A stretch of 64,000 nucleotides of DNA, from the NCBI RefSeq assembly GCF_006345805.1, contig NC_042999.1, positions 82,460,001 to 82,524,000 on the forward strand, given 5' to 3'. This document shows, in pieces, positions 12,940-26,229 of the stretch. Origin of the DNA: Octopus sinensis (Eukaryota). The notes under the pieces are model-generated. The model saw only the letters and a program-made list of their open reading frames with translations, ran no database searches and was not told the DNA's origin. Each line of letters begins with the position of its first letter. The first letter of the stretch is position 1. Position numbers and translations under genes: made by a program.

Positions 12940-13324
12940 ATCATATCAGAATACCATATGAGTGTAGCAGAATATGTAGAATCAAATAATTTGACCTAGG
13001 TACATATGTGAAACTTGTTTGCTTGATCCTGGAAAAATAAAACAGGAGCTAGGTCAACATTGTTGACTGGATTTGAACTCAAGAGGCTTTATGGCATTTA
13101 ATTAGGTATGGCGATCCAGTTGATACGGACATTAACAATGTCGTACTATTTGCCGAACATGTTTTTGTGTACACATAATTATGTATACGTGGTATATAAT
13201 ATGTATATTTTGCAATGATACATATCTTTGAGTACTAAATATGTGTTTGTGTGTGTGCGCGCGAGCGTTCGTGTATGCTATGTAAATATGCGTGCGTGTG
13301 CATAAGATATATAGATAGATAGAT

Positions 13325-13435
<111 letters not shown>

Positions 13436-14010
13436 TAAACAGATAGCGTACGTAAAATTATACATGTGTGTTTGTATGAGTGTGTGTGTGTGCGCGTGCT
13501 TTTGTATACACACCTGAGGTAATGCATCTGCCGGTATTGCTGAAGAGTAGTACTCAACACAGTGCGTTGTTTATACTATATTTAACATTCATACATTTTA
13601 ACATGCGTGGCTATGTGGTTAGGGTGTTGTACTCACGATCGCCAGAATTTCAGTACGATTCCCAGACCGAGCGGCATGTCGTGTTCTTGAGCAAAAGACT
13701 TCATAGTGTTGTAGGGGGGGGGCGGCATGCCAAAGAACTGACTCCGAGCTTCATCAGGATGTCGTAAAAGACGATTAAAAAGGTGGTCATAGGAGTTACG
13801 TTCCTATTTGTGAAACCCTCATCAGCAACGACTACCGAAACAGATCCGTGGGTTGGAGAGTTGTCGCTTTAGTGGTACAGGGATGTCATCCACCAGGTGC
13901 AGGGAATTATCCATGAATGGTGGGTGCCGCGACGCGCTGTTACAGCTCATGTTCATATAATTCTACAGATATTTTGTTTAAGCAATTGTAATGGTATGTA
14001 ACATATATAT

Positions 14011-14740
14011 AAATTAAATAATAAGGGTAGAAATTGATATTAATCAATTAAAACCAGTGGCTTAGCGTATTTAAAAAAATCCGAAGATTAAAAATTGTGT
14101 TACATACAAAATTTAGAGGAATGACCACTAAAGTGGACACCCTATATGCTAAACATAGACGTCAAGTCGTCATTGCCATGAAGAATGTGTTCTCAAGAAA
14201 AAATCTCAACAAAAAATCAAAATGCAAAAATAGCAAGACAAATGAAAATATACGAAATAAAAAACGATTACCTACGTACCATGGTTTCACTTGTTAATAT
14301 CTACGTATATAAACACGCAAATATCAGCAAGATCATCAGCAGAGTCTGTCGTTTACAAAACATAATTTCCAGAACTAGATACAGAACGCTCAACCGAAAT
14401 CGAACATGTATAAAGTTCTACATTTTATATTTGGGTGTATCTTTCAAATGCCTTCATTTTAGTGCGGTGTAGTCGGAAATTACTCTGCATCTAATAAATT
14501 ACAGCAGTCAATTTACCGGTTAGAGAACTTTTTTTATTTAAAATTAAATAATAAGGGTAAAAATTTATATTAATTAATTAAAACCAGTGACTTAGCATAT
14601 TTTTTAAAAATCCGAATATTAAAAATTGTGTTAAATACAAAATTTAGAGGAATGACCACTAAAGTTGATTTTTTACTGAACTTTTTTATTGAGAACACCT
14701 TCTTCGTGATAATGACGATTTGACGTCTATGCTGCATATA
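14011..14740. repeat. Unclassified repeat: 125-bp direct duplication plus an inverted ~78-bp module
   Basis: 14011-14134 matches 14541-14665; 14143-14220 matches the reverse complement of 14665-14740. Confidence 0.7.
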
Positions 14741-14766
14741 CACACACACATATACACACACGTGTG

Positions 14767-14808
<42 letters not shown>

Positions 14809-14811
14809 TAA

Positions 14812-14994
14812 TTCTTTCTACTATAGGTACGAAGCCTGAAATTTGAGGTAGGGGAATAGTCGATTACAACTGGTACATCCCAGAAGGCTGAAAACCATAG
14901 TCGACCTCGGCGGAATATGAACTCAGAATGTGAAGACGGACGAAATACCGTTAAGTATTTCGCTCGGCGGAGAACGATTCTTCTAGCTCGCCTT
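14812..14994 (-). mobile_element. SINE of the GGCGAGCT head family with an alternative CCTATAGTAGAAAGAAT tail
   Basis: Head and GTCGACCTCGGCGGAA core shared with 22315-22547; the 3' tail differs. Confidence 0.65.
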
Positions 14995-14997
14995 ACA

Positions 14998-15054
<57 letters not shown>

Positions 15055-15840
15055 CATACATACATACATGCATACATCATACATACATACATACATACAT
15101 ACATACATACATACATACATACATTTTTATATATCCTTAAATCCTTTAAAATGTTTTAGCGCCAAGGCCGCGGTCATGCTGGGACATCACCGCTGATACA
15201 TATATATATATGAATTTTTTGCATAATGAAATAAAGAAAAACAAGACTGTATAGATATTAAAGCATTTATAGATAGAAGGTCTTGCAGCTGTTTCTAGAA
15301 TTTTAATTAATAATAATATCCCATCATCGGAGACGGTGTGAGAGGAAAAATTAAGTCATAGTTTCGATGTGATACAAATAGAGAGTGATGTGGAGGAAAG
15401 AAAATAGATAAAAATAGTATGGTTACTGAGTTCATAAATCCGTTTTATAGACATATGGTATATATGTGTAATATTCCAATATCCTTTGAGTAAAATCCAA
15501 AAGTCCAACAGAGTTTAATATGAGTCCATCCAGATGTAAAGTTTATAAGCAATGTAAGATTCGCTTAAAGTTGGTCATTCCCAGTAGGGGATTTATATAG
15601 AGTGTAGCAGATTCCAAGTTTCATTACACAAAAATTCATATATACACATGGTGACATAGAACCAAAGTTGAACCCTTTATTCGCAATATTACCGAATCTG
15701 GAACATTACTATGGTCTGTCTATGGCACTTATTCAGCATTACCTGACACCTTTGGGTCTCAATGACACCATTATCTCTTATAACCTCATGTATATATATA
15801 TATATATATATAACCTCATGTATAATTATATATATATATA

Positions 15841-15892
<52 letters not shown>

Positions 15893-16183
15893 TATTGCTA
15901 TCTTGAAGACCCAAGAGTGGAAGGTTACTCGAAGTACGTACTATGGACAGACCGTAGTTAAATTCATGGTTTGATAGTGATACGAGTGTCTGAAGACTAC
16001 TCACAGCCTTGGCTCTGTTATCTCCCTTTGTCTAAAACACTCACACACACATATATATTATACCTTTGCGTCTCGGGTATGCCCACTTCTGACTACTGCC
16101 TATACAATAAACAATAAACTATAATATGTAATCTATGTATATAACTATATATATATATATATATCTATATATATACATATATA

Positions 16184-16745
16184 AATTGAAGCGCAAAAGA
16201 AATGCGAAACATGTGTGACTGTGGAATATGTTTTAATTTCATTATGTCAGAGATAAATTTTGATAAATCTGATAAACCCAAATTCTTGGATGCAATTTGA
16301 CCATAGTCTATGGGTCATTGTCCTGTATTCTGGTAGTGGGCAGATCCAACACATCGAGATTCTGGGATGTGACACTTTCAATACCGTGTATGCCCTCCCT
16401 GGGTGTTAAAAATGGCCATACACCGTCGGTACATGGAGTAATAAGCGGATTACAAAACCATTAGCACCTGTGCCTACACCCTGACGAAAGCTACCTACAG
16501 TTCCACACGAGTTGTCGGCCTTGGGTCCACCTGGTTCAGCCGTCTTTGGATTTCATCCCACAGGTGTTCAATTCGGTTCATATCCGGGCTGAAAGCCAGC
16601 CACGGCATGGTTCTGATGTAATGATGATGCACGAAGTCCACGGTGACTGTGGTGACGTCCGAAGAAGATCACAATGTGAAGTCTTAGGATCTGGTCAACG
16701 TAGCGCTGCGCTGTGATGCCATTCTTTCTAACTGTACCAACATTG
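16184..16745 (-). mobile_element. Tc1-family transposase C-terminal relic with 3' terminal region
   Basis: Manual translation: GITAQRYVDQILRLHIV..MPWLAFSPDMNRIEHLWDEIQRRL..YSMYRRCMAIFNTQGGHTRY*; internal deletion removes the second catalytic Asp region; in-frame stops. Confidence 0.9.
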
Positions 16746-16935
16746 TTTCGTTATAATCTATATCCACATGCTCAAGGAGAAACCAATTCTAAGCCACCTT
16801 CGAAAGGCTATCTCAACACCACATTTTTCAGTTACAGTTCAAATCAGAGTTTTAGTGGCAAAGGAAACTCAGCGCACACAGAACATACCTATTAAATTAC
16901 GTCAGTCGGCGAAAGCTTCTTGTATATTCTCTCTC

Positions 16936-16989
<54 letters not shown>

Positions 16990-17739
16990 TCTCTCCGCAC
17001 ACATACATACTTCACGTCATAACTTCATGATAGCACAAATCTCAAATCTCACTTATGTGTAGTTATAGTGAATAAACGAGGTAGCCCACAACCAGCTCCT
17101 AAACAGTTGTGGTAATCCAGGAAATAAACGTATATTGCTGCTACCCTACTGCAAACGTCAAATTTTACTGTTCGATCTGACGGAAGCCGCTGGTAATATA
17201 TCGATTGCAAAACCCACTCGCTGGGCCTTCTTTGTTATAGACTCTTAAACCATTCCCTCGTTGATTCGATTAAGCTTAGGTACCTGTCGGAAAGTAAAAG
17301 GTAAATGATTTGATGAGTGAGAAGATTAGAACAAAAGAAGGCTATTTCTACGAATTTCCATATAAATATGATGCCTTTTACGAAGCCACAAGAGGCGAAT
17401 GGGTTGCGTAAAATTTAATTTTATGCGTATGAGCCAAAAGCGTTTGCATTGAAAATTTTCATATTTTCAATCAAGACTGTATTAATCTTATTTTGCAATG
17501 AAGGTCTTTTTAGCATAGTATTTCATTTACTTTATTGAAAATCGTGACTGTATCAGGAACTTTTCTGAAAATTTCCAATATGATGTACGTAACAAGTCAT
17601 TAAAATGGTTGAGGAGATTACAACTAGTCAATACCGGTGTCCTTAAATAAACTAGCGTTAAATAAAGATACAAAAAGATGGACGCTTCCATTGGTCTTCG
17701 TTTTGAACAATCGTAGTAGCTGTACATAAAGTAACAACA

Positions 17740-18180
17740 GCGGCAGAGCAGCAGCAGCAGCAGCAGCAATGGTAGCAACAGTAGCAGCAGCAGTACACAG
17801 GCAGCAGTATTACCAGCAGCACTAGCAGCAGCAGCAGTAGTAGTAGTAGTAGTAGTAGTAATCATCATCATCAGTAGCAGCAGCGGTGGGCATTTGAGAG
17901 TGACAGTTGTGACCGTATTGTAGTAGTAGTAGTAGTAGTAGTAACAGCAGCAACAGCAGCAACAGTAACAGTGGTAGTGGCAGTGGTGGTAGTAATGATA
18001 TTGATGATAGCAGTAGTAGTAGTAGTAGTAGTAGTTGTTGTTGTTATTGTTGTAGCAGCAGCAGAAGCAGAAGCAGCAGCAGCAGAAACAGCAGCAGCAG
18101 AAGCAGCAGCAGCAGAAGTAGCAGCAGCAGAAGCAGCAGCAGCAGAAGCAGCAGCAGCGGCGGAGGCGGTGGTGGTTTTG
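17740..18180. repeat. Trinucleotide microsatellite mosaic (CAG/TAG/GTG/GTT) with (GCA)n-GAA higher-order units
   Basis: Direct reading. Confidence 0.9.
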
Positions 18181-18502
18181 GTGGCGATGGAGGTGAAGGT
18201 TGTTTATGCTTTCGCTGATCCTTCGATTGCATGGCTAGGGATCAGAAGTAAATTTCGAGAAGGAATAAATTAACTTTTAACATACTTTGAAACCAGCGGC
18301 ATATATTGAAGTCACGTGCTTTTACGTTCCCACCATTTTTCTTGTGGATTTCACCAAGTCTCAAATGAATAAGAAGCAATGCATAATTTGTGTTTCTCAG
18401 ATTCATCTTAAAACTAACTTTTGATTCATTCCCAGTGTCCCATCACACGCATACACACATATAAATATACGCATATATATGTAGGTATATATATATACAT
18501 AA

Positions 18503-18578
<76 letters not shown>

Positions 18579-18599
18579 TATATATACATACATATATAT

Positions 18600-18744
18600 A
18601 TGTATATATATATGTGTGTGTGTGTGTGTATAACCACATATACACACACTAATCCATTCGCACATATCTATATACGTATGTATATTCTTATCTATATACA
18701 CACGCAACACACACACACACACCACAGACATATATATATATGCG

Positions 18745-18784
<40 letters not shown>

Positions 18785-18805
18785 CACACATATATATATG
18801 TGTAT

Positions 18806-18851
<46 letters not shown>

Positions 18852-19495
18852 TATATATATAAACACTTACATAGATGGATTATATACATATATATTATAT
18901 ATAGATGTAGATATTCATACATACAGTATAAAATGTGTGTGAGTCTACCTGCGTGTCTATGTTTGATGACATACCACAAGGAATGAGAGGTCATATATGT
19001 CTATATGCATATTTGTATATATGTCTGTATGCGTGTGCTTATATATGTATATATGTGTGTGTGTGTGTGCGTACGCATAGATATGTATACATACATATAT
19101 ATACATGCACACAGTCATGCATATATGCATACATAAACCTGTACATGCCACTATCAATTCAGACATATATATGAAATATTTAACACGAAACAGTCTTCAG
19201 TCATAGAAGGAGGCAACTTTACAGAACTAATTTGCATTTGCTGCTAACGTAAATAAGGGTATGATGAACACACACACACACACATACATACACACACTCA
19301 CGCGCACATACACACATACACACACTCGTATAAACACACATATATGCACACATATACGTACATACATACGCACATATATACGTATACACATACGCACATA
19401 ATATACGTGTATATATACCCGCATACATACATACGTTCAAACACAGACACATATACATATATATGTATATATACATATACATACATATATATATG

Positions 19496-19526
<31 letters not shown>

Positions 19527-19647
19527 ATAACCACATATACACACACTAATCCATTCGCACATATCTATATACGTATGTATATTCTTATCTATATACACAC
19601 GCAACACACACACACACACACCACAGACATATATATATATGCGTATA

Positions 19648-19679
<32 letters not shown>

Positions 19680-20400
19680 CACACATATATATATGTGTAT
19701 ATATATATATATATATATTATATATTATATATATATATATATATGCATATATATATAACACTTACATAGATGGATTATATACATATATATTATATATAGA
19801 TGTAGATATTCATACATACAGTATAAAATGTGTGTGAGTCTACCTGCGTGTCTATGTTTGATGACATACCACAAGGAATGAGAGGTCATATATGTCTATA
19901 TGCATATTTGTATATATGTCTGTATGCGTGTGCTTATATATGTATATATATGTGTGTGTGTGTGTGCGTACGCATAGATATGTATACACACATACATATA
20001 TATACATGCACACAGTCATGCATATATGCATACATAAACCTGTACATGCCACTATCAATTCAGACATATATATGAAATATTTAACACGAAACAGTCTTCG
20101 TCATAGAAGTAGGCAACTTTACAGAACTAATTTGCATTTGCTGCTAACGTAAATAAGGGTATGATGAACACACACACACACATACATACACACACTCACG
20201 CGCACATACACACATACACACACTCGTATAAACACACATATATGCACACATATACGTACATACATACGCACATATATACGTATACACATACGCACATAAT
20301 ATACGTGTATATATACCCGCATACATACATACGTTCAAACACAGACACATATACATATATATGTATATATACATATACATACATATATATATATACATAC
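18600..20400. repeat. ~900-bp tandem duplication of microsatellite-rich sequence
   Basis: Unique anchors recur with ~900-bp period, e.g. ATGATGAACAC at 19261 and 20161, TAACCACATATAC near 18630 and 19528. Confidence 0.9.
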
Positions 20401-20500
20401 ATACACACATACACACACACACATATACATATATATATATATAAAGATAAAATATATAATTATACAAATACATATATATATATGTACATATATACATGCT

Positions 20501-20586
<86 letters not shown>

Positions 20587-20587
20587 T

Positions 20588-20640
<53 letters not shown>

Positions 20641-21133
20641 GAGATAGATAGATAGATATGCACGCATACACACAAAATGTATGTATGCACGGACATATGC
20701 TTACTTCCATATTTATATATACGTTTTAGGTACTGAGCAAAATGCAATTATCAGAGGTAATAAGTTGTAGATTTTCTTGCTGAAATTTAGAGTAACAGCT
20801 AACAGTGAAGATGTTTGACACTAGCATTGCATTTGATAGAAGTGGCGAAGGCATAACTCTGTAGTTTGCAAGGTGATTCATTGAATTCACAAGAAACAGT
20901 TTCCTTCGGAGTTGCTATTGATATATTGCCGATATAATTACAAGAAATGTTCAAAAGCAGACAAGTCTGTCGTAAATATTAGAACTGTGAGAAGAAAACA
21001 TGAATAAGAAGACACCCTGAAGAGCGTTTCAGGCTTGCAATATATTACATAGTTCCTACACACACACATACACACGGTCACGTATATATATGCATATATA
21101 TATAATGAAATGTATCAAATATATATATATATA

Positions 21134-21185
<52 letters not shown>

Positions 21186-21739
21186 CACATACATACCTAT
21201 ATATATATATATGTGTATACCTTTGAGATATATATTGTGCCTATATTTGTTATATAGAATATGGTATATGATATTATTTATTATTTATTAGCTAGAAATT
21301 GATAATACTTCACGACACACGAGTTAGTCATGGTGCTAAAGTTTAGTTCGTAAACTCATTTCAATTTCTTTTTCGCTTTCTCTTCGTCTTGCTTACTATA
21401 TCTATCGCCCCACACTTGTATGAATATGTATAATTGGTAGAAGTTATAGTGACTCAACGACCTGGTTTCGTGCATTGGGCCTAATGAAACTTAGATAGGT
21501 GCTAATACTCGAAACTCCAAGACCAGAATCACTTAACTTCTAGCATTAAGATAGGATGATACGTGTACCGTCATGTATTATGTTGTCTTTTCCTGTTTTG
21601 TATTACCATACCTGTATATGTGTGTGTGAATGTGTGTGCGTGTATTCATATGTATATATATAAATATATATATATGTGTGTGTGTTGTGTGTATTTGTAT
21701 ATGTGAGCGTGTGTATGTCTGTGTGACTGGGGGAAGATT

Positions 21740-21886
21740 GTGTGGTAAATAGCATGCTTACCAACCACATGGTTGTGGGTTCAGTCCCACTGGGTGGTAC
21801 CTTGGGCAAGTTTCTTCTACTATATCCTCAGGCCGAACAAAGCCTTGTGAGTGGACTTGGTGGAGGGAAACTGAAACAAGCCCGTC

Positions 21887-21927
<41 letters not shown>

Positions 21928-22160
21928 TGAGTATATGTATATCTTTGATGTGTATGTTTGCCCCCCCCCCTGATATCGCTTGACAACCAATGATGGTGTG
22001 TTTACGTTCTTGTAACTTAGCGGTTCGACAAAAGAGACCGATACAATAATTATTAGACTTACAAAGAATAAGTCCTGGGTTCGATTTGCTCGACTAAAGG
22101 CGGTGCTCCAGCATGACCGCAGTCAAATGACTGAAAACAAATAAAAGAACAAAAGAATAA
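21740..22160 (+). mobile_element. Bipartite SINE (A-(TA)n-B)
   Basis: GGTTCAGTCCCACTG head, AAACTGAAACAAGCCCGTCGTA module end, then B module ending AAAAGAATAA. Confidence 0.8.
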
Positions 22161-22314
22161 GTGTGCACGCGTGTGTGTTAGTGGCGATCTATGTTGGGGA
22201 TAGGTGTATGAATTTTCGATACAGTAATATTTCAGGGTAACAAAGCTGTCTTATCTTGTAAGAACTCAGTAACAACTTAATCTACTTCACAGAGCATTGA
22301 TACATTAAATACCT

Positions 22315-22547
22315 ATTTCTTTACTACTCACCAGGGACTAAACACAGAGAGGACAAACAAGGACAGACAAACGGATTAAGTCGATTAGATTGACCCCAGT
22401 GCGTAACTGGTACTTATTTAATCGACCCCGAAAGGATGAAAGGCAAAGTCGACCTCGGCGGAATTTGAACTCAGAACGTAACGGCAGACGAAATATTGCT
22501 AAGCATTTCGCCCGGCGTGCTAACGTTTCAGCCAGCTCGCCGCCTTA
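22315..22547 (-). mobile_element. Full-length tRNA-derived SINE with ~22-bp TSD
   Basis: Head AAGGCGGCGAGCTGG, B-box GAGTTCAAATTC; AGCATTGAT(AC/GT)ATTAAATACCT at 22293-22314 and 22548-22569. Confidence 0.85.
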
Positions 22548-23082
22548 AGCATTGATGTATTAAATACCTTGCATATACATATAATTTCCATGCTATTAGA
22601 TAATACATGTTTAATCATACGTTAGCAGACACTAAACTTATCGGGCCCATCGCGGATGTGTTTCTGGCAACAACGTAGAGGCGAAGCATACTACATGCAA
22701 TGTATTCTGTTAACATTTAAGCATTTATTAAAAGCCGTTCTAAATATAGTTCGAAATATACTGAGTAATAAAACGAATCTGAATTTATTCACGTATTGTC
22801 AGTCTCAATTATAAATGGTTTTACAAATGTAATTGTAATTATTACAAAACTGAGATAAATTCGCATTGTCGTTACATTTATGATACCGAATGATACTGAT
22901 TGCATGTTTTGGGCTTTAGTTCATTTACTGTAAACTTTTATAGGCATAATTCTTCCGATAAAGCCGATTACACTTCAACCTGGGTCTGAATAAATTGGTT
23001 CGGTAAAGGTAGCAGCATCTTTTTTGGCATCATCTCTGTGATCTAGCCGAAAGACACGCATATCGGGCCCGATATTTTAATG

Positions 23083-23106
23083 TACGAGGGGTTACTGAAA
23101 AGTTCC
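23083..23106 (+). mobile_element. Isolated mariner-type TIR fragment
   Basis: TACGAGGGGTTACTGAAAAGTTCC resembles mariner termini; no second end found. Confidence 0.4.
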
Positions 23107-23111
23107 AGACT

Positions 23112-23211
23112 TTTCGAACCTGGGTTCTCATTCCTAAGGTATTTTTCGATGTTATTATTATTGTTGTCGTTGTTGATGTTGGTGGTGGTGGTGGTGGTAG
23201 TGGTGGTGATG

Positions 23212-23246
<35 letters not shown>

Positions 23247-23575
23247 GATTTTGCTCAGGCCACTGCTTGGAATCGAACTCGGAATCTTGGCGTTTGTAGC
23301 CTGCGCTCTTAACCACTACGGCATATGTCCGTGGGTTAAGAGCGCAGGCAACTAATCCCAAGATTCCGAGTTCGATTTCAATAATAATAATAATGATAAT
23401 AATAATAACATCGAAAAATACCTTAGGAATAAGAACCCAGGTTCGAAATTTCCCCAAGACATCTGAAGAAGGCTGGAGGGTATATCAGCTGAAACGTTGT
23501 TAACAACAAACAAGAAAAGGACACATATCCGTCGAATGTAAATAATGTACATAATTCCTCATCTCTTAAATATAG
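23112..23575. mobile_element. Fold-back repeat: head-to-head tRNA-like sequences, trinucleotide spacers, Penelope-pLTR-like tail
   Basis: Outer arms 23112-23160 / 23400-23448, inner arms 23270-23315 / 23333-23379; hammerhead-like motif at 23459-23502. Confidence 0.7.
23459..23502 (+). ncRNA. Hammerhead ribozyme-like fold, canonical core, weak stem I
   Basis: ACAT-CTGAAGA-A-GGCTG(GAGGGTATAT)CAGCT-GAAAC-GTT-GT; stem I only 2 bp in this copy. Confidence 0.5.
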
Positions 23576-23682
23576 AATTGTATAGTCTAGACAATATTAT
23601 TAGCCTCATGTACTATACTTATAAAGTATATTGTCCCAGACTAATAACTGTAGATAGATAGACAGATAGATAGATAGATAGT

Positions 23683-23729
<47 letters not shown>

Positions 23730-23730
23730 T

Positions 23731-23789
<59 letters not shown>

Positions 23790-23891
23790 ACATATTGGAT
23801 ATCTACACACACAAACACACACACATGTATATATGCATATATATATATATTCATATACCTATCTATGAATATACATATGCACACACACACG

Positions 23892-23985
<94 letters not shown>

Positions 23986-24249
23986 CACACATACACTCGT
24001 CTGGGAGACAGTGTATTGACAGGAACTTGGGGATTTTTACCTGGTGTACCTGGTGACTAAGGTTAATAATTCATGTATATAAGTTAAATCATAAATCTAT
24101 GTAAATTACTACAAGAACGATTTAATTTCATTGACTCCACTAGCACCACAGGGAAAGTCATTTATATTGAAATATCCCAAAATCCTAAATTCATTGCATG
24201 ACTTGCATCCATATCTACTTTATAAATCTGCATAAAATTAACCTCTTCC

Positions 24250-26110
24250 TCTCGACCAGAGTCGCTGTCATATACACATACACGCCAAGTGCGAAAGTAC
24301 CTCCAGTCGCGTTCAACGAATAGAGTTATAGGTCCTGACATTGTCTCGTCCATCGCTTTTATATAACCAAACAACACCCCACCAAACTCTTCTATCTCCC
24401 CACTCTCACTCTCACACTCTCTCCCTCATCTGTCTGTTTCTGTGTCTCTTTGTTTCTTTCTCTCTGTCTCTGCCTGTCTGTCTCTATCACTCGCTCTCTT
24501 TACCTCTAATGGTATGTTCCGATACTTAGAAACACGATACTGTGTGTCCCATTCGCAAAATAGCAACCCCTCTCACCCTCTGAAATTCTGTCCAATCATG
24601 TTCTCTTCTAAAACTTCAAAAGTGATTGATACATCTGCAAACAGCAACCATCTGCAGCATCTTGAATAACGTTCGTTCCTTAAGAACCATCAAGACGTCT
24701 TTCGTATCTACTGGAAACCTAATTTAAAGTAGGTTCTCACTCTTGAGAATATTGATGCGAGTAATATGATTATCAGGATAGTTAAAGCTTTCGAACATGT
24801 CTGGTATGGTGATCTTCTGTCAAAGCATCAATTGCCTTCTCTTTTTGATAGATGAAATCTCACCATATCCCCCACTTTTGCGTGTGCTTGTGACGTCCAC
24901 TTCGATACACGCCTTATGAATTCAGCATTCATTTTTTGCACCACACTTGCCCTCTTTTACATCAAATATTTATTTGTTGTAACCTCCTAAACATGCAGAT
25001 GGTGGCATGCAGATGATGGCACTCTTCATTTAATTCCCATGCTCAAGAATCAGTCACATTTTCATCTAAATATGTTTGTGCTAAATCTGCAGCAACTCTA
25101 CGAACAAAATCCTCGTAAACAACCTTCCAAATGTGTTCCAAATTGTGTTCTAAAAGACGCAATTATTTCGCATGTTAAGAAAATATTAATGCACCGTATA
25201 TCTGCTGCTGCGCTTAAATATAAACAGCACGTAATGAGAATCGTCACGATTGCTCACAATGCTAGGTTTCCCTATCATTGAGGATCTTCCTTGACAAACC
25301 AACATTCTGAACATAGCATAGACCAGTGCTTCTAAAACTACCTGGTGTGGCGTACCGGCAGTTTTTTTTCCCCCGATGTGCCAGGGACCGGTAAATTTCT
25401 TAATATCAATTTATACCGGAAACAATATACATAATGAATATAATAAAAGTTGACCATTTTTGTTTTTAATCTTATATTTATTATGTGAACAAATAATACA
25501 ATATTACATAAGCATTTTATAAGTATTTTATAATGTTTCTATCTTTTCTGGAAACTCGTCGCGTACTGGCGGCTGATGGCTGGCGGACCGGCACCGGTCT
25601 ACGGACCACCACTTTGAGTAGCACAGAGACCGGCCATTCTCTTCGGAGGTAGAGTGTCTGCCAGTTCTGAACAACTATATATACTACATAAAACATGGCA
25701 GCAGGGTGATGTACAATCAAAAGATTATAATCCGTATCTAAATGAAAGCTACTCGCCTGATGATGTGAATTCCTCCCAAGCAAATGCACTCCAAGCTCTC
25801 AATTAGGAATATACTGTCTCCTCTCTCTCTCTTTCTCTCTCTCCCTCTCCCTCTCTCTTCCTCTCTCCCTATCTCTCTCTTACTGCTTTTCCTACCGCTA
25901 CTGCTCTGGCCACTTCTTGGAACCTACTGGTATCGTTTCACGTTTACTTAAGCACTCCCGGCTCACTCGTATCGTTCCAACTCGCTAGACTCTGAACTAA
26001 TCTCGGCACCTATTTCTTCGTCACCAAACGTCGATTTTTCTGGAAATTTCTCGCTGCTTATATTTTACCAGTAGATGTCGACTTGCAACTGCCCAAGTAG
26101 AATGCTAATG
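24250..26110 (+). mobile_element. Decayed CR1/Jockey-group LINE RT and 3' region, interrupted by microsatellites and a MITE
   Basis: RKYLQSRSTNRVIGPDI, NPSHPLKFCPIMFSSKTSKVI, VKAFEHVWYGDLLSK, HADDGTLH and a C-terminal FFVTKRR-FWK..AYILP-like segment; many stops. Confidence 0.8.
25324..25626. mobile_element. hAT-like MITE nested in the CR1 relic
   Basis: Imperfect TIRs CAGTGCTTCTAAAA / TTTGAGTAGCACAG; LINE homology resumes after it; no clean TSD. Confidence 0.6.
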
Positions 26111-26229
26111 CTTTATTTTCATCAGTCTTTGAGTTTCTGCAATGGCTATAGTTACAGACCTGTATATTCCACCGGAACCAATCAAGATATATGTACATAT
26201 ATGAGCTTTCATCCGCTAAGAACTTGTTT

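Noticed and set aside
13780-13850. CTGATGA motifs on the minus strand as possible hammerheads
   Set aside because: No correctly placed GAAA and no closing stem II.
17971-18273. Poly-V/A-E ORF
   Set aside because: Product of a trinucleotide repeat mosaic.
17658-20984. Phase-compatible chain of minus-strand AG/GT-bounded segments (20942-20984, 18286-18359, 17658-17719)
   Set aside because: The joined peptide is unrecognisable, such chains arise by chance in AT-rich DNA, and the plus strand near 20850-20950 has a QGDSL RT-like remnant.
23322-23379. Possible tRNA gene
   Set aside because: Incomplete cloverleaf with no acceptor stem; it is a repeat head.
24162-24377. Protein-like 71-aa minus ORF (GPITLFVERDWRYF..)
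   Set aside because: Antisense shadow of the CR1 RT relic on the plus strand.
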